From Octopus bimaculoides (lineage: Eukaryota): DNA of 63,903 nt. The notes beneath the pieces are model-generated. The model saw only the letters and a list, made by a program, of their open reading frames with translations. It made no database searches and was not told where the DNA came from. The position numbers were made by a program, and so were the translations under genes. This document shows positions 37,191 through 47,736 of the stretch, in pieces; positions within the stretch are counted from its first letter, which is position 1; every line of letters starts with the position of its first letter. The stretch lies in the NCBI RefSeq assembly GCF_001194135.2, contig NC_068984.1:48911438-48975340 (forward strand), given 5' to 3'.

Positions 37191-37503
37191 NNNNNNNNNN
37201 NNNNNNNNNNNNNNNNNNNNNNNNNNNNNNNNNNNNNNNNNNNNNNNNNNNNNNNNNNNNNNNNNNNNNNNNNNNNNNNNNNNNNNNNNNNNNNNNNNNN
37301 NNNNNNNNNNNNNNNNNNNNNNNNNNNNNNNNNNNNNNNNNNNNNNNNNNNNNNNNNNNNNNNNNNNNNNNNNNNNNNNNNNNNNNNNNNNNNNNNNNNN
37401 NNNNNNNNNNNNNNNNNNNNNNNNNNNNNNNNNNNNNNNNNNNNNNNNNNNNNNNNNNNNNNNNNNNNNNNNNNNNNNNNNNNNNNNNNNNNNNNNNNNN
37501 NNN

Positions 37504-37567
<64 letters not shown>

Positions 37568-39524
37568 GGGACAATTTATTGTATAATTTTCGAAATGTAA
37601 ATTGACATATCGTCTGGTGAACTGAGGATATGTGCCAGATTACGTACATGCACAAATATAGAAAACCGTATTGGAAGGACATCATGTTGACATATTGCGT
37701 AGAATGCTGTCTGTAGTACATTGTTGCAATTGGTTGAGGTTTATGTACATCAGAGATTACTATCGATTCGATTATGCTTCACAAAGCCTATAGAGCAATT
37801 AGTAGTACGCATTCAATTTGTATTATTTAGAAATCAACATGTGATGCATAATATAAATGGAAAAATATATTATAAAATACAAATTCAAAATGTAATAAAA
37901 TATATATTTAGAAATAAGTGGAATGGGGCGTGATGTAGTATCAATTGAACCATAGTGGTATTGGCAAAAATGGTAAAACGGGCAGTAGTACCATCTCGAG
38001 TAAGTATCTTTGCTTGTGAATATGACTGAAATTAATGCATGAAATATAGGTAGTTTAAGCACACTCGGTAATTCGATTACAACTATAGTAATAATGATGA
38101 GTTTTGCCGAGGATTATTTTGGTGTTTGTATCATGAGTTGCGTAGAAGACAATTTTTGTAGCCTATTAGTTATCTTGTTCAGAATTTTCATTTTTCTTAC
38201 GTAAGATGTTATGGTGGCTAAAGAGGTTGTGAAGAATATGATAATGTGTCTGGTTTGTTTGAGTGCTGTTATGTGCTAGTATGCTTGATGACCCAGAAGA
38301 GGAAAGACCGATGTTATGGGAAAATATCTGAGTTAGATAGTTTAGATTCGTTAATGGGTGGTGATTGGGATGTGACTGAAGTTTTGTAGTTTCAATTGTG
38401 TTATATATAGGTAAGGTACGACTGTTTCTTCCGCTGTATTGTGTATTCTCTAGTGAGATAAGGATTTATAACTTCTTTATTAAATACAGATATCTGCGGC
38501 CTACTGTATTATATTTAATAGTTTTGTCATGATGCTCCAGTTTATAAGTAGATTTACCACCCTGCAATACTTCAAAAGCCATTGAGACTTCGAAACATTT
38601 GTAGCGATAAATTCGTTTTAATTTCTGATAGATGAAGAGTCTAGCTATATATATATATATATATAATGGAACAAAAAACGCAATAGAGGACAATAAATCA
38701 ACAGGACAGATAGAAAATACAAAGGCGGATAGGAAAAACAATTAGAAGGATATGAAAAAAGGACGGATCATTCTTGGCCTTCTTTCGTCACTCAAGTTAC
38801 CAGATGTCCTTACAGCCTCAAGTTACACTTGAGGCTATTCGATCTGGTTGGCGCCTGCCAGAGTGTAAACTTAGAGCATCAGATTTTTTGTAAGAAAGGG
38901 AAAGAATGTATGCCACAACAAAGACAAAAACAGAGAACATGGTACACAATTACAAATACAAACAACAAGAATATAACAGCAGGTATCTTTCAACTGAGGA
39001 CGAATCAAATTGAGCTGATGTGTATAAAGTGAAAGCCTAAAGGCAGGAACATAGGAGATGGTCATAAGAGATGTTGGCGGTCGGCAGTCAGACCAAGAAA
39101 GAAAGCTCATGGCTAGCCGAACACCGGTCACGTGGAAGGAGGAGAGAGGGGTAGGGGGCAGAGGGATTGAATGATTGGAAAAAATCAAAGAGACAAAGGG
39201 AAAGGTACAGGGGAGATAAACGAGGAGGAAAATTGGGAGTTAAAGAAAGAGGGAGCCAAGAAATATGACAGGGAAACGAGAAAAAGAAAAGAGAAAGTAA
39301 ATATGAGAGGTATAAGCGATAGAGTAAAAGTAACGTACAACTGTGTAAATTGTACAATATAACTGTCACTACTACATTAACCTGAAGATTGCATTGTCTA
39401 ATGCATGAAAGTACTAGCTCGATCAGAATGGTCATTTAATATTCTATCACTTCATTATATTATATTATGTTATATTATATTATGTTATATTATATTATAA
39501 GATTGTAAATAAGACGTGAAAATC

Positions 39525-40350
39525 AAGGTATCAAAGTGATACCACCATGCTTGAAATAGTAGTCAAGACCTGACTCTAAAAACCACATCAAGTGGCTAAG
39601 TATTTTTATATAGAACCAGAAACCCAGGGTCTGGAATTATCCAATTTGTAATAGTTTATTTATCTATTTGTCTTTTCCCCTTGTGCTATATTGAACACTT
39701 GATGTAGTTTTTAGACAATTATTTCAAGCATGGTGCTATCTCTTAGATACCCTTATTTATTATTTTAATCATAATTATAGTCTATAAGTTTTTTCATCCC
39801 ATACTGCCACTTGATTTGATCGTTATTTAAAATGACGTTCTTATCCCTATTTATATAGAAATCAATATATATTCACTTCGTCATTAAATTCACAGCGATG
39901 GTATTTTGACCATACAGCACATGGTGTCTGGATGGATAACTGAACTGGGTGCGGTATATACGTGCATGCATATGTATTGCACGTGCGTATACGTGAGTAT
40001 TCGTATGGTTGTGTGTATATGTATGTTATTATATACAATTCTTGGTATATTTCATTGACGAAGGCAAAGTATTTTTATACAGAAACGGAAGCCCAGGGTC
40101 TGGAATTATCCAATTTTTTCTAGTTTACTTCTCTGTCCTTTCACCTTGTGCTGTACTGAACACTTGATGTGGTTTTTAGAGTCAGGCTTTGATTGCTCTT
40201 TCAAGTATGGTGGTATCTCTTAGATACCCTTATTTATAATTTTGATAATAATAATTACCTATAAGGTTTTTCTTCCCATGCTGCCATATGATTTGATCGT
40301 TATTTAAAATAATGATCTTATCCTTATTCATATAGTTATATAGTAATATA
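39525..40350. repeat. ~270-bp diverged direct duplication plus an inverted ~70-bp sub-copy
   Basis: 39600-39870 resembles 40070-40340 (both contain CCCAGGGTCTGGAATTATCCAATT and GATTTGATCGTTATTTAAAAT). 39525-39594 is the reverse complement of 40161-40231. Confidence 0.85.
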
Positions 40351-40419
40351 TGTGTGTGTGTGTTTTTAGATGCATACACTCACACTCGGACAAACATATG
40401 TATGAACAAGGTAATTTTG

Positions 40420-40635
40420 TATGTATGGATGCAGTCATGTATGCATGTATGCATGTATGTATTTATATATGTGTGTAAGCATGTATGTATTTATGTATGT
40501 ATGTATGTATGTATACATGTATGCATGTGTGTATGTATGTATGTATGTATGTATGTATACATGTATGCATGTGTGTATGTATGTATGTATGTATGTATGT
40601 ATGTATACATGTATGCATGTGTGTATGTATGTATC
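40420..40635. repeat. (TATG)n microsatellite with a higher-order unit
   Basis: ATGTATACATGTATGCATGTGTGT recurs three times within (TATG)n. Confidence 0.85.
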
Positions 40636-40886
40636 TATTATTTTATAAACACATGATGTAAACGTGAGCTACATTGGGTTTCATGCTCCGATTATATATT
40701 AATCTGGCGAATTTGTATACCTAAGCCATGAACTAGTCTACAACTTCTCAAACTCAAAATAATCCAGGAGGCTCTACGCGAAAATTCGGGAAAGAATTTG
40801 AATTCACAAAAAAAAGAAAAAACGAGAAAACAGAAAGGAGAAAGGAAAGGCTTGGGTGAAGTGTAATAGAATATGTGTTCCACTTA

Positions 40887-41134
40887 GGCGGAGAGCTGGC
40901 AGAAGGCGGCGAGCTAGCAGAAACGTTAACAAGCCGGGTGAAATGCTTAGCGGTATTTCGTCTGCCGCTACGTTCTGAGTTCAAATTCCGCCGAGGTCGA
41001 CTTTGCCTTGCATCCTTTCGGGGTCGATAAATTAAGTACCAGTTACGTATTGGGGTCGATATAAACGACTTAATCCCTTTGTCTGTCCTTGTTTGTCCCC
41101 TCTATGTTTAGCCCCCTGTGGGCAATAAAAAATA
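40887..41134 (+). mobile_element. SINE family A, best-preserved copy, with 15-bp TSD
   Basis: B box GAGTTCAAATTCC. TSD AGAATATGTGTTCCA at 40868-40882 and 41135-41149. The 18-nt head is duplicated. Confidence 0.92.
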
Positions 41135-41617
41135 AGAATATGTGTTCCATTAACCCGTGGGAATCGAAATTAACAGAAGTTTGGTAGAGTCAATTCGACA
41201 GGAAAATGTTAAAATGTATGATCTGTAAACTGCCTAATCTATAGCTTATGGTGTTCCTCAATTTACTGAGATGTTTGTTTTTGGTGGAATTTCCGATCTC
41301 TTAGAGTTCTTAGATATAAAAAAACAATGAGTTCTTTCTGCTATACATTAACATATGTAGTGCATCGCTCAACAATTAATGGTCTCGGGTATTTTTAGAC
41401 TTACGTTCCTAAGTGTTGCAAGTTAGGTTAGTGGTTTTCTTTGAAACTATGTTATGTGCGTATATATGCATGCATTTATGTGTCTATGTCATTATTCAGT
41501 TTATTTCAAGATTTCTTGCCAATAGAGAAAGAATCGATTTCTAACCTTGATACAAGGGTCCTTCAGTGGAATTTCAACATCAACAACAGAGAATGTGTGT
41601 GTGTGTGTGTGTGTTTT

Positions 41618-41660
<43 letters not shown>

Positions 41661-42371
41661 NNNNNNNNNNNNNNNNNNNNNNNNNNNNNNNNNNNNNNNN
41701 NNNNNNNNNNNNNNNNNNNNNNNNNNNNNNNNNNNNNNNNNNNNNNNNNNNNNNNNNNNNNNNNNNNNNNNNNNNNNNNNNNNNNNNNNNNNNNNNNNNN
41801 NNNNNNNNNNNNNNNNNNNNNNNNNNNNNNNNNNNNNNNNNNNNNNNNNNNNNNNNNNNNNNNNNNNNNNNNNNNNNNNNNNNNNNNNNNNNNNNNNNNN
41901 NNNNNNNNNNNNNNNNNNNNNNNNNNNNNNNNNNNNNNNNNNNNNNNNNNNNNNNNNNNNNNNNNNNNNNNNNNNNNNNNNNNNNNNNNNNNNNNNNNNN
42001 NNNNNNNNNNNNNNNNNNNNNNNNNNNNNNNNNNNNNNNNNNNNNNNNNNNNNNNNNNNNNNNNNNNNNNNNNNNNNNNNNNNNNNNNNNNNNNNNNNNN
42101 NNNNNNNNNNNNNNNNNNNNNNNNNNNNNNNNNNNNNNNNNNNNNNNNNNNNNNNNNNNNNNNNNNNNNNNNNNNNNNNNNNNNNNNNNNNNNNNNNNNN
42201 NNNNNNNNNNNNNNNNNNNNNNNNNNNNNNNNNNNNNNNNNNNNNNNNNNNNNNNNNNNNNNNNNNNNNNNNNNNNNNNNNNNNNNNNNNNNNNNNNNNN
42301 NNNNNNNNNNNNNNNNNNNNNNNNNNNNNNNNNNNNNNNNNNNNNNNNNNNNNNNNNNNNNNNNNNNNNNN

Positions 42372-42405
<34 letters not shown>

Positions 42406-45400
42406 GTGTCTAATGTTTTAGAGACCTACAGGCTTGAGTCATTGGACTGTTCTCATATTGTAATAACTTATTTAAGTAGAAATTTTAATCGCTAATACGA
42501 TAGTCCTATCAATTTTATGAGGTGAACATATGTCTATCGTAACAGAACTATGGTAGAAATAAGCTGGTTTTACCACCAAAAAGTGAGCGAATCCACTTAC
42601 GTCTAATATAGGTTAGTAACAATCATCTTGTTTTGCATGAAATAATAATTTAACAAATAATCTGAAGAGTTGGACGTCACCAGATTGTCTGATAGGTTTC
42701 TCGTGTAATATGGATTTCTAAGGTTAAACTTCCTCAATGTATTTTTCTTTTGTTTGCACTCGTAAATGTATACACACGGATATATTTGTGTATATGCGTG
42801 TATTATATTTGCACAATATATGAGTGTCTGTGTATGTATGTATGTATGTATGTATACGTATATGTATAGATAAACAATTAGATACATAGGTAAAGAGAGA
42901 GAAAGAGAGAGATATAATAGTATAAGCATATAAAGCAGTAAGTATTATAATAAACGTGTGTGTATAGTCATTTTGCCTCATTCTTGTACACTAGAACAAG
43001 AAAGCATTCAATGGTGGATTTTGTCTCTATAGAATATTTCAGTCTATTGAGTTGGTGAAGTACAAATCGAAGTGTCGTATGTATATATGTATGTATGTAT
43101 ATATATGAATGTATGTATGTATGTATTTATGTATGCATGAATATATATATATATTTATGTGTGTCTCTACATTCATGGGTGAATACGCATATATACCTAT
43201 ATATGGATGTATAATTCAGTATTTATGTTACAATAAACACTCTGCTTGTGTGTGTGTGTGTGTGTGTGTCTGTGCGTGTGTATTATTGTGCCTGTGCATT
43301 TATGAGAATCTTATGTTTTCAAATTTACAGCGTCATTTGCACTCCAAAACTTACAAATCTCTCTCTATATAACTTAGCTGATTCGTGAGCTTTATGGCTT
43401 TGTGGATTTAATTTTTGGAGTTATATTTGGATAATCTACTTTTGCAATGGTACCATCATTTGGCAATCTGTCATCTCTTTAATTCAGTTGTAATACTCTG
43501 CATTCTGTTCGTGCGTTCGTTGTTGCTTTACAGTGTTCCTTCTTTTAGCGTATATCCAGTCATCAAAATTCGTTAAAATCATCTAATACTTAAATAAAAT
43601 CTACTACTTTTCCTTTGTTCCTTCTTATTTTATCAACTGTAATGGTTGGGCTTCAGCTCAATGATTAATGTCTTAAACTCCCCTCTATACCTCTTTACTG
43701 ACATTGTAAATGTTTCACTCGTTTTCATGCAAACCAAATCTTGTATATCAACATTAAAGATAACTTATTTTGAATAATGTTTTTTTATGCAAATCTGCTA
43801 GATCTGTCGACTGTAGAATCTGTAGAGCTTCGGATAAAGCACTGTTTACTTTACTTATGTCTGTTATGAGTTCTGATATTATGATTTCCAACCCACTGTC
43901 GCCAACGTAGATTGTTTTATATCATGATCCAATGAAATAAATAGTTAAATCTATAAATCAATTCTATCCCTCCAAAAGCATTGATTTGTACCTAGTTGTA
44001 ACATTCATTATTATTAAAACATCGAATACTATGGGGGNNNNNNNNNNNNNNNGTGCATCGATTTGCAAACTGGTTAAATTTTTTATAATCAATAGAAATT
44101 TCGTTAAGTATTTCCTATATATGAGCATATTCAGTATTGTAGATCAGTTGTGCAATTACTCTGTTAATAGCTATATTACGTAAATTGTGTTTCCAAGCGT
44201 TTCACTTCATTACATCTATGGCTGTCTTACATAGTGAAACATCTTCATTCCAAGAATTGTTTTTCCCGTCATAAAATTGTTAGTAGCCCTTGATTTCTAA
44301 AGAGAAGACACAACACGACAATAACTCTATTTACTTTTTTCACTCCCCCTTCTCTCTCTCTCTCTCTCTTTCACGCTCACCTACACCCACACCAACAACA
44401 TTAATATATGTGTGTGTGTCTGTGTGTGTATCTGTATGCGTGCGTGTTATGCATGGGTACGCACACAAACTCATATGCACACAAAGTAAATACATATACG
44501 TATCTAGTTGTCTGTCTATATCTATAATCACAAACACACACGTCTGTGTGTGTGTATGTGTGTGCGTTTTGCTTTATCAGGTTCGTTATAATCCACCTCT
44601 GTTTTCTTCAGAAAAATATACTCCACATATGAGAATTGAGTGCTACTTTTAGTTCTATGAATATCGCCGTTTATAAATGTACATAAAACGCGCGCGCGCG
44701 CATTTATATACTTGATTTAAAATTATAAGAAATTTTGTAATCTATGGGTCTATAAATGTAAATATATTTTAGTCCTACTGACAGTGGGACTATATGTTTT
44801 ATATGAGTATGTATGAGCGTGTACATTTCTGTAATTCTCCCTTCCTTCAGCGTTTTGCTCTCGCTTTGTTATTTCTCTACTTCGGTCAACTCTCAGAATT
44901 TGATCACATGAAGTCTCACGCACTTAAAGTATATCATAAATTAATACGCTTTTAAACTTATTTCATTAAATTCAAAAGGACATACACTTACCCACTTCCA
45001 GAAACAATTACGCATACATACAGATGGTAGCAAGCAAAGAGACAATATACACTCCATAATAATGAAAATAATCCTCTTAAGATGTTCGTCCATTTGTCCT
45101 TTTCTATGCTCATAATGAACTTTGTATTTGGCAACTTATGCATTGATTTTATTGCTTTGTTATAGGATATACGTTCGATTAATTAAAATCTTAGGAGTTC
45201 TTTTCCAGCCTCAAATGGCTTATAACTTAATTTACATACCTAACTTCACATAAATACCAAACACTATATCGGTTACCTGAATTTAATTAATTAGCAAATA
45301 TGTCTCGAAGAAAAAGGAAAAAGCAACACTTTCTTTTTCGGACTTCAATTCAGGTCAACAACTTCCCACAAAACAAGCATATTATTTTTCGATAAATCAT

Positions 45401-46755
45401 CGTACTGTAGACTGATGTAGCAACATACACAAAGTGAAGATCCACAAGATGGTGGCGGTTTCATCGAGAAACAAGAGCTAAATATCTCTCGTATATCGCC
45501 GGAATTCATTGTAGAGCCTGTTCTGTAAATAAGATTTATTACTTAATGTATTTCCACTTATCTCTAAAAGGTTTGTCGGTTAACGCCAGAGCTTATTGGA
45601 TCAAATATGTGCTTGAGTATGATTGACAACCAAACATATTGTTTGGTTATATGGCAAGCAGTTAACAATTGCCGGATATGTCTCCGGTTAAAACCATGTC
45701 GTAGTTTATTGTTGTTTTCAGAGATTTGTAATATGGAGTTTATGACACGAGACTTTGAAAAGAGCAATGGCATGCGAATGTTTGCTGCTCAGTTATACGT
45801 TCTTTTTTGCTCGTATTAGTATTGAATCTCATTTAAATCACTACTTATCATTTTAAGAAAAGGACATATTTGATAATATAATTCTATTTAACCTTAAAAC
45901 CTGAAATGTTCACAATAAGAATACCACAGTAACAATATGTCTACTAAATCGGAATAGGTCTAGGCCTAAACAGAACTATAGACAAAATCACACTCCATTT
46001 CTTTGTGGCAGCAACAGATCCATCTGTGAAAGAATACCAACATGGTCACTCAAAACATCCACCTTTTCCGCTTCTGCTGTACGTAATATCATCGTTCGAT
46101 GCAATAGCTGTAATACTTGGGAAGTAATACAATTATGGTAGTTGTATTTTTATCTCATGTGTATATGATCTTTTTACTTTCTTTTTTAACTTTACATTTA
46201 TTTGAGATTTTTTCTCTTTATTCACCACCTTTCGTAAAAGTTGTCATGCTGTATTACTGTGACAGTTTTTATAGAGGGCTATCAACTGAAGGATATTATC
46301 CAACTTGGATATTATTTTCAGGATCAATTATATAAATGTTCTTGCAATACAAAAGAAATTACCTGAATACTTAGTATATATATATATATGGCTATATTAG
46401 AGCAGGCAAATTACAAATTGAAGAAACATCGATAAAACCTGTGTAGTGATGATCTCTCGAACGATAAGCCATTACCACCACATCTTAAAATTTCAAGAAA
46501 CCATAACACTTACAGACTCTTAAAGACTATTTATTAACCCGGGTTAATGTTATAAATCAGTTGTTTTAACTAGATTATTCTCTGGAAAAATATTGCTGTT
46601 CACATAACACTGCACGTATCAAAAGAATGAATCCACTTTATACATGTACACATAAGTTTGCTATGACATTTTTAGGTGAAAACGATATTACAGACTTCAC
46701 CTAAAAATAAGTGTAAGACATTTATAACTTGTCTGTGAAAACATATAATGCGCTT

Positions 46756-46973
46756 CAGTTCTATATTTAAGAGACAAGGAATTATGTGCATTATTTACAT
46801 TATTTACATTTGAGGGATATTTGTCATCATCTTGTTTGTTGCTAACACAACGTTTCGGCTGATGTATCCTCCAGCCTTCATCGGGTGTCTTGGGAAAATT
46901 TTGAACCTTGGTTCTCATTCCTAAGGTATTTTTCGATGTTGTTGTTGTTGTTGTTGTTGTGTTGTTATTATTA

Positions 46974-47041
<68 letters not shown>

Positions 47042-47117
47042 ATCACTTCACTGCTTGAAATCGAACTCGGAATCTTGAGGTTAGTAGCCCACGCTCTTAA
47101 CCACTACTCCATATGCC
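46756..47117 (-). mobile_element. tRNA-headed short non-autonomous element carrying a hammerhead ribozyme
   Basis: The minus strand reads: A box TGGAGTAGTGG, CTACTAA anticodon-like loop, B box GAGTTCGATTTC, (AAT/AAC)n, hammerhead, AT-rich tail. Confidence 0.75.
46844..46890 (-). ncRNA. Hammerhead ribozyme, minimal type I (core variant CCGAUGA)
   Basis: Stem I GACAC/GUGUU; core CCGAUGA-A; stem II GGCUG/CAGCC; GAAA; loopless palindromic stem III AACGUU. Cleavage is predicted between 46849 and 46848. Confidence 0.75.
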
Positions 47118-47159
47118 CCACGGCGTAGCGGTTAAGAGCGCGGGTTTAATGAAATCTTA

Positions 47160-47736
47160 ATGGATCACACCTGCGACAGACCACCAAACATATACCATCA
47201 GATTCTTTTCATGAATTTTGCTTTTTCGACTGTGCTTTGGTGGCTCGTCTTTCTCCAACCATTGTACTGAACGTTTACGGTTGTTTTATTGAATCCATTT
47301 CTCAGATGTTACAATTCGACTTAAAAATGATTCATTTTTGTGACGAGAAGGTAGCATAGTGCAAACTTCCAAACGTTGCTGTTTCTGATTCTCATTGAAT
47401 TCATGTGGAACCCACATATTCAACTTTTTCACTTACTGATTTGAACTTGGTGAGTCAATATTGTTTGCCTGCTAACAACATAATTTACGAGCAATTTGAG
47501 ATCTGAATCGACGGTGGCTTTCAGTTGTCATTATCCACCTTTGTTTCTGGTTGACCGCGTTGCTCATTTGTGAAGTCAAAGTAACCAGAACGAAATTTCG
47601 CAAACCAATTTGATAATGTCTGCTGTGTAATAACATTAGAATGAAATATTCCATTAATAATCCGAGCTGTCTGTGATGCTGTATTTCCAAGAAAGAACTC
47701 ATATTTCAAAACTGTAGTAATTTCCGACTTATCCAT
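47160..47736 (-). pseudogene. Mariner transposase remnant (N-terminal half)
   Basis: MDKSEITTVLKYEFFLGNTASQTAR..NWFAKFRSG (HTH), then WVPHEF (WVPHEL motif), SRIVTSEKW and NLMVYVWWS..GVIH. It is truncated near 47160, beside the hammerhead element. Confidence 0.88.

Noticed and set aside
45560-45820. Possible second mariner fragment (VLTGD)
   Set aside because: Only one weak motif is present, with no WVPHEL, HTH or TIR support.
47038-47117. tRNA-Ser-like sequence as a real tRNA gene
   Set aside because: There is no acceptor-stem pairing or long variable arm, and it runs into (AAT)n. It is a SINE head.
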